41,399 nucleotides of DNA from an uncultured Victivallales bacterium (GTDB taxonomy: Bacteria; Verrucomicrobiota; Kiritimatiellia; JAQICX01). The stretch covers positions 1-41,399 of the forward strand of contig CAYTUX010000069.1 in assembly GCA_964441455.1 (NCBI GenBank). Direction: 5' to 3'. A program made the position numbers and the translations under genes. The notes beneath the pieces were generated by a model. It was not told the origin of the DNA. It made no database searches and worked only from the letters and a program-made list of their open reading frames with translations. Shown in pieces: positions 27,795-36,657 of the stretch (within the stretch, counting starts at the first letter, position 1; the number at the start of each line of letters is the position of its first letter).

Positions 27795-28604
27795 TTAAAG
27801 CAATGACGAGATCTCTTCTTTGCTCTCCAATTCCAAAAATTCTTCTTCCGGTGCATCATCTGATGAAATCATAATATCACTAAATTGTCCATCCTGATAT
27901 ATTGTTATCTTCTTGAGCTTTATAAGTTCAAGCAATGCCAGAAATGTACAGACAACTTCGTGCTTTGTCGACTTCTTCGTAAATAAACTGCTGAACTGAA
28001 CTGACCTTTTTTTTCTTAAAACTCTAACAAGTTCATCAATTTTCTCTGCAACTGTAAACTGATCTGAAAAAATATCCCCGACAACATCTTTTTTAGCACG
28101 CTTCAAAACTCTGTTAAAAGCTGATATCAAATCATATAAATTAACATCTTCAAGCTCTATTCCATCATCACTGTCATCCAATATGGTAAGATCCTGACCA
28201 ATCTCAAAAATATTCTCCTGCTCAAGCTCCTGAACATGCAGTTTTGATGCAATGTCTTTAAACTTCTTATATTCAACAAGCTGTTTAACAAGATCCCATC
28301 GCGGATCTTCTTCGTCATCTTCAAGTTCAGGGCGATCCTCTACCGGCAGCAGCATTCTGCTCTTTATCATCATCAAAGTGGCTGCCATGACCAGAAACTC
28401 ACCGGCAATATTTAAATCCAGCATACGCATAAAATCTAAATATTCCATATACTGCTTGTTGATTTTTTCAATTGGTATATCATATATATCAATCTCCTCT
28501 TTTTTTATCAAGTATAACAATAAATCAAGAGGTCCTTCAAAAACTTCAAGCTCAATTTTGTAATCTGTTTTATCAGCCATTTTTTTATCCAACAAAAAAT
28601 TCAT
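27795..28604 (-). CDS. scpA: Segregation and condensation protein A (kleisin)
   Basis: FEGPLDLLLYLIKKEEIDIYDIPI N-terminal signature. 269 aa. The ATG at 28580 is an alternative start. Confidence 0.9.
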   Translation of the reverse strand: MNFLLDKKMADKTDYKIELEVFEGPLDLLLYLIKKEEIDIYDIPIEKINKQYMEYLDFMRMLDLNIAGEFLVMAATLMMIKSRMLLPVEDRPELEDDEEDPRWDLVKQLVEYKKFKDIASKLHVQELEQENIFEIGQDLTILDDSDDGIELEDVNLYDLISAFNRVLKRAKKDVVGDIFSDQFTVAEKIDELVRVLRKKRSVQFSSLFTKKSTKHEVVCTFLALLELIKLKKITIYQDGQFSDIMISSDDAPEEEFLELESKEEISSLL

Positions 28605-28676
28605 TCTTTTGGGCGGGATGCGTCTCCCCCCTACATTTCGCCCGCGCCAGCTCGTACGGTCGAAAAATCTTTTGCC

Positions 28677-29636
28677 CTACAGTCCCACCGCAGCCTTTGC
28701 CGCATCAATTGTCTTGTCAGAAACCGCTCTTGCTTTTTTTGCTCCCTCTGCAAGAACATCCTCAACATAATCAAGATCATGCACCAATGCTTCACGTCTC
28801 TCTCTAAATGGTTCAAGATATTCCCATAAGTCTTCAAAAAGCTGTTTTTTTGCATGCCCATATCCATAACCACCCTTGCGAAGATTCTCCGCCATCTCAG
28901 ACACCTTTTCTTCTCCTGCAAAAAGTTTATAAATCTGATAAACATTGCAAGTTTCAGGATCCTTAGGATCATCCAGTTCTTTAGAGTCAGTAATTATCTT
29001 CATAATTCTCTTCTTTGTTGCCTTCTTGCCGTCAAACAACAAAATATGATTGTCATAACTTTTCGACATCTTCTGCCCGTCAATTCCCGGAACGACAGCA
29101 ACTGTATCCTGAATAGATGCCTCCGGTAATGTGAAAATCTCACCATATTCATTGTTGAATTTAATTGCAATATCTCTTGTAACTTCCAAATGCTGTTTCT
29201 GATCTCGACCAACAGGAACAATGTTTGACTGATATGCCAAAATATCTGCTGCCATCAAAACAGGATAACTGAACAAAGCATGACTTGCTGCAATACCCTT
29301 GGCAATTTTGTCTTTGTATGAATGGCAACGTTCAAGTAACCCGAGAGGTGTAACTGTCGATAACATCCATGTCAACTCCAACAATCTTGGTATATCACTC
29401 TGCCTGAAAAATGTTGTTTTAGCAGGATCAAGACCTAACGCCAAAAAGTCCAGTGCGACATCAAGTGTGTTCTCTCTTAAAAATTCAGGATCCTTTGATG
29501 ATGTCAGTGCATGATAGTTCGCAATAAACAAAAAGGCTTCACCCTTTTCCTGTAACTCCAATGACGGCTGCATCATTCCGAAATAATTTCCTAAATGCAA
29601 TTTACCCGAAGGTTGTATGCCCGATAATATTCTCAT
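28677..29636 (-). CDS. trpS: Tryptophan--tRNA ligase
   Basis: MRILSGIQPSGKLHLGNYFG (HIGH-type region) and KMSKS. 319 aa. Confidence 0.97.
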   Translation of the reverse strand: MRILSGIQPSGKLHLGNYFGMMQPSLELQEKGEAFLFIANYHALTSSKDPEFLRENTLDVALDFLALGLDPAKTTFFRQSDIPRLLELTWMLSTVTPLGLLERCHSYKDKIAKGIAASHALFSYPVLMAADILAYQSNIVPVGRDQKQHLEVTRDIAIKFNNEYGEIFTLPEASIQDTVAVVPGIDGQKMSKSYDNHILLFDGKKATKKRIMKIITDSKELDDPKDPETCNVYQIYKLFAGEEKVSEMAENLRKGGYGYGHAKKQLFEDLWEYLEPFRERREALVHDLDYVEDVLAEGAKKARAVSDKTIDAAKAAVGL

Positions 29637-29674
29637 CTATTTATTCCTCTATTATATTCTAAATTTTTTCGTAC

Positions 29675-29694
29675 GGGCGGCATTCTTGCCGCCC
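29675..29694 (-). repeat. GC hairpin H4 (GGGCGGCA-TTCT-TGCCGCCC), 38 nt upstream of the trpS ATG
   Basis: Identical to H1 in stem and loop. Preceded by CGTAC. Confidence 0.7.
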
Positions 29695-29896
29695 CTTCTG
29701 CAATTTTCGCTGCAATACTTCATATTGCCTCGTATATTTTCTTCATTTCATTACGAAATGCTCTGCCGAGAGCAAGAAAATTTTTATTTATTTATTGACC
29801 CAGGGCGTTGCCCTGGGCTAGTATATTAAGGGCTTTCAGCCCTTGCGGACGCCGGGGACATATTAGCTCCTGCCCATCAAACATTATCTTTTTTGA

Positions 29897-29918
29897 CGCA
29901 TGACTCATGACGCCAGAC
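29897..29918. repeat. CGCATGACTCATGACGCCAGAC unit (inverted partner of 26954-26977)
   Basis: 22-nt reverse-complement match. Confidence 0.7.
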
Positions 29919-29966
29919 ACATGACAAACCAAGATGCCGATGGTAGCATCGGTGCTCCAAAAATTA

Positions 29967-30050
29967 CTTTTCCCATCAGATCCAAAGTGCTCCTCCCCTG
30001 TTTAGGGGAGGTGGCACGCGCAGCGTGACGGAGGGGTAATCCTGCCATTT
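29967..30050. repeat. Core repeat copy C (short form; middle hairpin CACGC-GCA-GCGTG)
   Basis: Same 54-nt 5' block and same 3' block as copies A and B. The loop triplet differs. Confidence 0.8.
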
Positions 30051-30097
30051 TCGCATTCTCGAATTTTCGCATTTACGCATTTGCAAATTTTCAAATT
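30051..30097. repeat. 8-nt-period satellite linking core copies C and D
   Basis: CpG or CpA at 30052, 30060, 30068, 30076, 30084 and 30092. Confidence 0.75.
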
Positions 30098-30180
30098 CCT
30101 CACTTTTCCCATCAGATCCAAAGTGCTCCTCCCCTGTTTAGGGGAGGTGGCCGAGCCTGCGAGGACGGTGGGGTAATCCT
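30098..30180. repeat. Core repeat copy D (divergent 3' half: CGAGCCTGCGAG, GACGGTGGGG)
   Basis: The 5' 54-nt block is identical. The middle segment is not a clean hairpin, and the 3' block has one substitution and lacks the GCCATTT tail. Confidence 0.75.
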
Positions 30181-30402
30181 TTATTCAAAATTGGACGTTA
30201 GATGTTCGACGTTCTTAATCCATTTTTATTTTTCTTTGTGCTCTTCGTGCCTTCGTGCGAGACATTTTTTCTCTTTTTTCTTTTAATAATCTGCGTTCAT
30301 CTGCGAAGAACCGACCACCGGGAGATAGGCTGGAGCCTGCGACAGCAATGAGTGCAGCGAATGGCCTATCTGCGGATAAATTCTTTTGCATTCAATCGCC
30401 AC

Positions 30403-33078
30403 TTACTTCAGCATCTCCAACTGTTTTTCAAGCTTCTCAAACTTATCCTGTATCTCCTGCAGTAAATCTTTCTGTCTGACAATAACATGATAAGGAGCCC
30501 TGGTAACAAAGTTTTCATTAGAAAGCTTTGCATGTATCTTCTTGATATTTCCTTCAAGATTTGCAAGCTCTTTCTCAATCTTTGCAATTTCAGCATCCGT
30601 ATCAACAACACCATCAAGAGGCATAAGAACTATTCCGATTTCACTGAGCGTTGCAGGCATTGCCTGTTCAGGAATCATATTCTCATCAATAACAACCTCG
30701 GATGCCCGAATCAGATTCTTAATGGAATCCAGATCGCCCTTAAGCAGATCTGCTTCCTCTGAACTGTTCGGCTTAACAAAATATTTCAGAAAAACTGCCG
30801 GCTGAATGTTATAATCTGCACGCATCGTTCTGGCAACTCTAAGCATATCATGTTTGTCTTCTACATATTTAACAATCTCATCACTTATGTCCCATGCTTG
30901 TAACTGTTCTGATCCGGCTGGCTTAGGCCACCGGGCAAGCATAATAAAGTCTCTGTCCGAACCAAACCCCATCGTATGCCATAACTCTTCTGTCAAAAAC
31001 GGCATAATTGGATGCAGAAGCCTTATTGATACAGAAAAAACATGATACATGATCTTGATTGTTTCTCTTTTCTCATCAATATTATCTCCATAAAGTGCAC
31101 CCTTTGCAAATTCAAGATAACGGTCGCAATATTGATGCCTGATAAATTCATACAATGCATGAGCCGCATCATTGAATCTATACTTCTCTAATGAATCACA
31201 ACACTCAATAATTGCTTTGTCAAGCATTGCCAATATATGCTTGTCATCAGGCTTGAGTAAATCTGCCGAAAATTCAAAGTTTGTAATATCAATATCTTCT
31301 TCAAACTTGTCTCTGTGCATCTCCATAAAACGAGCTGCATTCCAAATCTTTGTACCAAAGTTCCTGCCGACTTCAAATTTCTCATTTGAAATATAAACAT
31401 CCTGACCCGTAGCTGTAAGCATGATTAGACTGAAACGTAAAGCATCTGCACTGAATTCTTCAATAATATCCAGTGGATTAATTGAATTTCCAAGACTTTT
31501 ACTCATCTTCAGTCCCTTGTCATCTCGAACCGTTCCATGAATATAAACCTTCTCAAATGGTATGTCACCCATAAACTCAATACCTGCCATAACCATCCTG
31601 GCAACCCAGAAGAAAATAATTTCTGAAGCTGTTGTCAAGTCATTGGTAGGATAATAAAATTTCAAATCTTCATTGCTCTCCGGCCAGCCGAAGGTTGAAA
31701 ACGGCCATACCCATGAAGAGAACCATGTATCAAGAACATCTTCATCCTGACGAATATTATCACTGGAACATTTCTCACATTTAACAGCAGTTTCTTTAGA
31801 CACCCACTCATGTCCGCACTCATCACAATAAAAAACAGGAATACGATGTCCCCACCATATCTGGCGAGATATACACCAATCACGAATGTTGGTTAACCAC
31901 TCTTCATAAACTCTTTCCCAGCGAGCCGGCACAAACTGAATGCTGCCATTCTTAACAGCCTCAAGAGCCGGTGCTGCCAATGGTGCCATCTTCACAAACC
32001 ACTGCGGAGACAATCTTGGTTCAACAGCAGTATGACAACGGTAACAATGTCCAACCGCATGAGCATGATCATCAATTTTTGCAAGCAATCCATTCTCTTT
32101 TAAGACCTTAACCAAAGCAGCTCTGCATTCAAATCTGTCCATACCCTCATAAATTCCGGCACTTTCGTTCATTGTGCCGTCATTATTCATAACATTAATA
32201 GGCGTCAAACCATGCCTGTTGCCCATATCAAAATCGTTTGGATCATGAGCCGGAGTAATCTTTACAACACCTGTGCCAAATTCTGGGTCAACATAATCAT
32301 CATATATAACAGCAATTTCTCTGTCGGCAATTGGCAACAGTATTGTCTTTCCTTCTAAATCCTTGTAACGCTCATCTTCCGGATGTACTGCAACCGCAAC
32401 ATCACCAAGCATGGTTTCCGGACGAGTAGTCGCAACAGTAACAAAACGCCCCGGCTCACCTTTTACAGGATACTTTATATGCCATAAGTGACCATTCTCA
32501 TCTTCATGTTCACTCTCTTCATCAGACAAAGCTGTCTGACATCTTGGACACCAGTTAACAATACGACTTCCCTTATAAACCAAACCCTTTTCATAAAGTC
32601 TCGCAAAAACTTCTGTTACAGCTTCACTCAGTCCTTCATCCATCGTGAAACGCTCACGATCCCAATCACATGATGCTCCCAGCTTCTTCAGCTGATTTAT
32701 GATTGTTCCCCCATACTCCTCTTTCCATTCCCAGACCTTCTCAATAAAAGCTTCTCTACCAAGATCATCCCGACTCCTGCCCTCTTCCTTTAAAGCTCTC
32801 TCAACAACATTCTGCGTGGCAATACCCGCATGATCTGTACCCGGAACCCAAACAACATTACGCCCTTGCATCCTGCGCCAGCGTGCCATAATATCCTGAA
32901 TCGTATTGTTCAAAGCATGCCCCATATGCAGAATACCTGTAACATTTGGCGGTGGAATCATAATACAATAAGGTTCGCCGCCCTTCGAACTGTCACTATG
33001 AAATGTCTTGGATTCAAGCCATTTCTCATACCACTTATCCTCTATCGAATGCGGCTCATAATTCTTTTCCATTGTCAT
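30403..33078 (-). CDS. valS: Valine--tRNA ligase
   Basis: PPPNVTGILHMGHALN (HIGH), KMSKSLGN, and a C-terminal coiled coil. 891 aa. Confidence 0.97.
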   Translation of the reverse strand: MTMEKNYEPHSIEDKWYEKWLESKTFHSDSSKGGEPYCIMIPPPNVTGILHMGHALNNTIQDIMARWRRMQGRNVVWVPGTDHAGIATQNVVERALKEEGRSRDDLGREAFIEKVWEWKEEYGGTIINQLKKLGASCDWDRERFTMDEGLSEAVTEVFARLYEKGLVYKGSRIVNWCPRCQTALSDEESEHEDENGHLWHIKYPVKGEPGRFVTVATTRPETMLGDVAVAVHPEDERYKDLEGKTILLPIADREIAVIYDDYVDPEFGTGVVKITPAHDPNDFDMGNRHGLTPINVMNNDGTMNESAGIYEGMDRFECRAALVKVLKENGLLAKIDDHAHAVGHCYRCHTAVEPRLSPQWFVKMAPLAAPALEAVKNGSIQFVPARWERVYEEWLTNIRDWCISRQIWWGHRIPVFYCDECGHEWVSKETAVKCEKCSSDNIRQDEDVLDTWFSSWVWPFSTFGWPESNEDLKFYYPTNDLTTASEIIFFWVARMVMAGIEFMGDIPFEKVYIHGTVRDDKGLKMSKSLGNSINPLDIIEEFSADALRFSLIMLTATGQDVYISNEKFEVGRNFGTKIWNAARFMEMHRDKFEEDIDITNFEFSADLLKPDDKHILAMLDKAIIECCDSLEKYRFNDAAHALYEFIRHQYCDRYLEFAKGALYGDNIDEKRETIKIMYHVFSVSIRLLHPIMPFLTEELWHTMGFGSDRDFIMLARWPKPAGSEQLQAWDISDEIVKYVEDKHDMLRVARTMRADYNIQPAVFLKYFVKPNSSEEADLLKGDLDSIKNLIRASEVVIDENMIPEQAMPATLSEIGIVLMPLDGVVDTDAEIAKIEKELANLEGNIKKIHAKLSNENFVTRAPYHVIVRQKDLLQEIQDKFEKLEKQLEMLK

Positions 33079-33199
33079 TTAATTTACTCCATAAAATCAA
33101 TAAATCTTTTCTTAAAATATGTAAACAGAGTATATTATAAAAAAATAGAAACTTTTGCAAGAATCTTGTCCCCTTTTCAAAAATTTTCCCTGTTTTTCT

Positions 33200-33505
33200 G
33201 GTTCTTCGTCATTTATTGTGGGTATCTTATTAAATCCCGCAGGGATGTCATCTTAGTAGCCATGGGTTTTAACCCATGGTAGAGACATCAAAGCAATATG
33301 AACCCCATAGGGGTGGCACCTGAGTTAAGAAATTAAGATGTCATCCCTACAGGATTCTATGTTTTGGGTTATTATATACCTCTAGGTTAAAACCTAGGGC
33401 TACCCGGATGTCGCCCCAGCTACTAAATATTTTGTTTTTATTCAACATAAAAATGTTTTGTTGTTTAGTAGCTGGGCTTTTACCCACAATAATTGCTGAA
33501 GAACC
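33200..33505. mobile_element. MITE-like 306-bp element E2 (homolog of E1)
   Basis: Left end is GGTTCTTCGTCATTTATTGTGGGTA. The reverse complement of the right end is GGTTCTTCAGCAATTATTGTGGGTA. Interior hairpins align with E1 and carry compensatory changes. Confidence 0.65.
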
Positions 33506-33542
33506 ATATAATTTGATTAATAAATAAATAAAGGAATAAATA

Positions 33543-35231
33543 ATGTTTGGAGCATATCCATTTTTTGGAGAAAGGCGTGTTGTTGATCTTGATGGGAGTT
33601 GGAATTTCAGTTTTTTAGGAGAGAGAGTTGATTTAGAAGATCTTAATCTTGATGATTTGGTGTTTTCAGAGAAGGCAGCGGTGCCTGGTGTTTTTGATGC
33701 GATGCCTAAGTATGCAGGAAAAAGAGGAACAGCTGTTTACCATAAAAAGATTAAAGTTTCAGTTGGTATACCTGGTAAGATTTTCTTTGGCGGCGGAGGC
33801 ATGTGGTTTCGCATTTATATTGATGGTGAGTCTGTCGGAGAGTGTTCCTTGCCATACAGTGGTGTTTCCTTTGATGTTCCCGCTTCAGCAAACAGAGAAC
33901 GCGACATAACTATTCTTGTTGATAATCGTTTTGATTCACAGAGAGTTCCTTTATTTGATGAATTTTTTGACTTTTATGCATATGGTGGTTTTTATAGAGG
34001 AATAGAGTTTCATGAGCTGCCTCAAACCTATATTAATAGAGTTCAGATTACTACGATTCAGCTTGAACCTGCAATTGTAAACGTGAAAGCATTTATTGGC
34101 GGATCTTTTTCGGATAAAGAGAATTTTGAAGTTTCTTTTGACGGCAAAAGCTTAGAGATGCAGAAAGATGTTACTGTATCTTATGGAGTTGCAGAATTTG
34201 AATTGGAACTTGGAGATGTCGGCATATGGTCTTCCGAACAGCCGGTATTGCATGAACTCACTTTGACGGTTAGGAATGATTCTATTACAGAGCGTTTTGG
34301 CGTTCGTACTGTTGAAGCAAAAGACGGCAAGATCCTTGTTAATGGTGAGGAGCAGAAACTTCTTGGTTATTGTCGGCATGAGGCACATCCGCAGTGCGGA
34401 CCTGCATTACCGCTGCACATATTGATTAGTGATGTTCAGCAACTCAAAGATCTCGGGTGTAACTTTGTTCGGGGATCGCATTATCCACAGGATCAACGTT
34501 TTTTAGATCTTTGTGATGAGTATGGATTGCTGTTTTTTGAAGAAAGTCTGGGCTGGGGGCAGAATGACAACCATTTTTTGAACGAAGACTTTATCAGTCA
34601 GTGTGAAGAGCAGACAAGAATTATGGTTCAGAACAGTTTTAATCATCCATCCATTATTTTATGGGGGTTTCTTAATGAAGGGGCAAGTGACATTGATTGT
34701 TCTAAGCCTGTTTATGAACTTCTTGCAAAAGCCATAAGAGAAGAGGACTCTTCAAGGCTTGTTACTTTTGCAAGTAACAGATATGAAAAAGATATTAATC
34801 TTGATATAGTTGATGTTGTATCATTTAATTTTTATCCGGCTTGGTATGGTCCCCGGGATAGTCATCCAAATCTTAATGATATAATCAAGAGGACACGAGA
34901 GCTGTCAGAACACATAAAGAGTACTCAGACCGGCAAACCATATATTGTTAGTGAGATTGGTGCAGGAGCAATATATGGATGGAAAGATCCTTTAGAAGGT
35001 CATTGGTCAGAAGAGTATCAGACAAAATATTTAGAGACAGTTTGTACTGAAGTTGTTTCAAATGATGACATTGCAGGTATATCAATCTGGCAGTTTGGTG
35101 ACTGCAGAACTTATCAGAATTTTGGAATGCTCGGACGTCCAAGAGCATTTAATAATAAAGGGACTGTAGATGAGTACAGACGACCTAAAATGGCATATAA
35201 AAAAGTAAAAGAGATTTTTACAAGGGGATAA
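33543..35231 (+). CDS. Glycoside hydrolase family 2 (beta-glucuronidase/beta-galactosidase-like), cytoplasmic
   Basis: NFVRGSHYPQDQRFLDLCDEYGLLFFEE (GH2 acid/base region; compare UidA NSFRTSHYP) and SEIGAGA in the nucleophile region. 562 aa with no signal peptide. Confidence 0.85.
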   Translation: MFGAYPFFGERRVVDLDGSWNFSFLGERVDLEDLNLDDLVFSEKAAVPGVFDAMPKYAGKRGTAVYHKKIKVSVGIPGKIFFGGGGMWFRIYIDGESVGECSLPYSGVSFDVPASANRERDITILVDNRFDSQRVPLFDEFFDFYAYGGFYRGIEFHELPQTYINRVQITTIQLEPAIVNVKAFIGGSFSDKENFEVSFDGKSLEMQKDVTVSYGVAEFELELGDVGIWSSEQPVLHELTLTVRNDSITERFGVRTVEAKDGKILVNGEEQKLLGYCRHEAHPQCGPALPLHILISDVQQLKDLGCNFVRGSHYPQDQRFLDLCDEYGLLFFEESLGWGQNDNHFLNEDFISQCEEQTRIMVQNSFNHPSIILWGFLNEGASDIDCSKPVYELLAKAIREEDSSRLVTFASNRYEKDINLDIVDVVSFNFYPAWYGPRDSHPNLNDIIKRTRELSEHIKSTQTGKPYIVSEIGAGAIYGWKDPLEGHWSEEYQTKYLETVCTEVVSNDDIAGISIWQFGDCRTYQNFGMLGRPRAFNNKGTVDEYRRPKMAYKKVKEIFTRG

Positions 35232-35232
35232 A

Positions 35233-35267
35233 GCGACAACTTCGACAGCGGCGACAACAACGATAGC
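35233..35267. repeat. Solo TCGAC/CGACA-rich unit resembling the left arm of the 37445-38384 cassette
   Basis: CTTCGACAGCGGCGACAACAACGATAGC against TTTCGACAGCGTCGACAACAACATCGAC (about 24 of 27 positions). Starts 2 nt after the GH2 stop. Confidence 0.55.
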
Positions 35268-35361
35268 ATAAAGAGATGCGATAAATCACGTCTGTACTTC
35301 TGCATAATTAATGAATCTAAGACCTGAAAATTAAAAACATAAAAAAACAAGGAAAGTAAAG

Positions 35362-36447
35362 ATGGCAAAGAAAAAAGCAATAAAGATCGGGATTCTTGGA
35401 CTGGGCAGAGCCGGTTGGGGAATGCACTGTAATGAACTGACAGGCAGAGAAGAAAAGTTTGAAATTGTTGCAGGCTGTGACCTTTTGAAGCCTTTTAGAG
35501 ACAGATTTCAGGAAAAGTATCCGGATGCTAAGGTATATAAAGATTATGAAGAAATGCTCGCTGACGAAGATATTGAGATGATATCTGTTGCATCACGAAC
35601 TCCGGAGCATGTTGAGCATGCAATAATGGCAATGAAGGCAGGAAAAATTGTTTTTCAGGAAAAACCAATTGCTGTAGATTATAAAGAGGCTCAAAAGCTT
35701 GTAAAAGCCCGAGAAAAATATGATGCTCAACTATACATAAGGCATAATCGCAGGTTCGAACCGATGTTCCAGCATATAAAAGAGATTATTGCATCAGGTA
35801 ATCTTGGCGACGTTTATGAAGTTAAATTAAGACGCAATGGGTATTCAAGACGTGACGATTGGCAGACAATTATTGAGTGTGGCGGCGGGCAGCTTTTAAA
35901 TTGGGGACCACATATTGTGGATCATGCGCTACGTTTCCTTGATTGTCCCGTCGCAGAAATGTGGAGTGATTTGAAAAAAATTGCTGCTGCAGGTGATGCA
36001 GAAGACCATTTGAAAATTGTTTTAAAAGGTGAGAACAGTAGAGTTGTTGACCTTGAAATTAGTGGTGGGTCAGCAATTTCAGAACCGGAATATATAGTTT
36101 CCGGAACAAAAGGTGGTTTGTCAGCCGGTGGTAATGAAATTAAAATGAAATATTTGAGTCCTAAAAAAGAGCTCACCAAAAGAGTTGCTAAGAAAAAGAC
36201 ACTTATTGATGGTGGTTTTGGCACACAGGATGATTTAAAGTGGGTTGAAAAAACAGTTGAAGTCAACCCTAAGAAGAAAATGGATACAGCTTCTATTTGG
36301 GATTATCTATATGCTTCTGTAAGAAATGGGAAAGAATTTCCTATTACACTAGAAGAGTCTTTAGAGGTTATGAGAGTCATTTCTGAGACAAGAAAGGACA
36401 CCATATTCAATACATATAACGAAAAAAGGAGGAAAAAGAAGAAATAA
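35362..36447 (+). CDS. Gfo/Idh/MocA-family oxidoreductase
   Basis: Rossmann motif IGILGLGRAG and EKP motif FQEKPIA. 361 aa with a Lys-rich tail. Confidence 0.85.
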   Translation: MAKKKAIKIGILGLGRAGWGMHCNELTGREEKFEIVAGCDLLKPFRDRFQEKYPDAKVYKDYEEMLADEDIEMISVASRTPEHVEHAIMAMKAGKIVFQEKPIAVDYKEAQKLVKAREKYDAQLYIRHNRRFEPMFQHIKEIIASGNLGDVYEVKLRRNGYSRRDDWQTIIECGGGQLLNWGPHIVDHALRFLDCPVAEMWSDLKKIAAAGDAEDHLKIVLKGENSRVVDLEISGGSAISEPEYIVSGTKGGLSAGGNEIKMKYLSPKKELTKRVAKKKTLIDGGFGTQDDLKWVEKTVEVNPKKKMDTASIWDYLYASVRNGKEFPITLEESLEVMRVISETRKDTIFNTYNEKRRKKKK

Positions 36448-36657
36448 TTATTTATAATCTATATTTGGTAATTACCTGATATATAGTAAGTTAAATGAAT
36501 AATATAATGTGCTTTACTAAAAAATGTAAAAAAATAATAAAAAATCTTGACGATTTTTAATAAAAACTTTATAGTATCGCCACATATTATATGGAATAAT
36601 AGACAAAAATATTTATATATTATTGTAACTAACATAAACATTGAAGAAAGGTGTCAA

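Noticed and set aside
24834-29694. GC hairpins H1-H4 as Rho-independent terminators
   Set aside because: No T-run follows the stem on either strand. They sit in leaders just upstream of RBSs rather than after stop codons.
29795-29827. Plus-strand promoter-like TTGACC-18 nt-TAGTAT with an embedded palindrome CCCAGGGCGTTGCCCTGGG
   Set aside because: There is no plus-strand gene or convincing small-RNA terminator downstream. The hit rests on consensus resemblance in repeat-rich DNA, so it is too weak to call.
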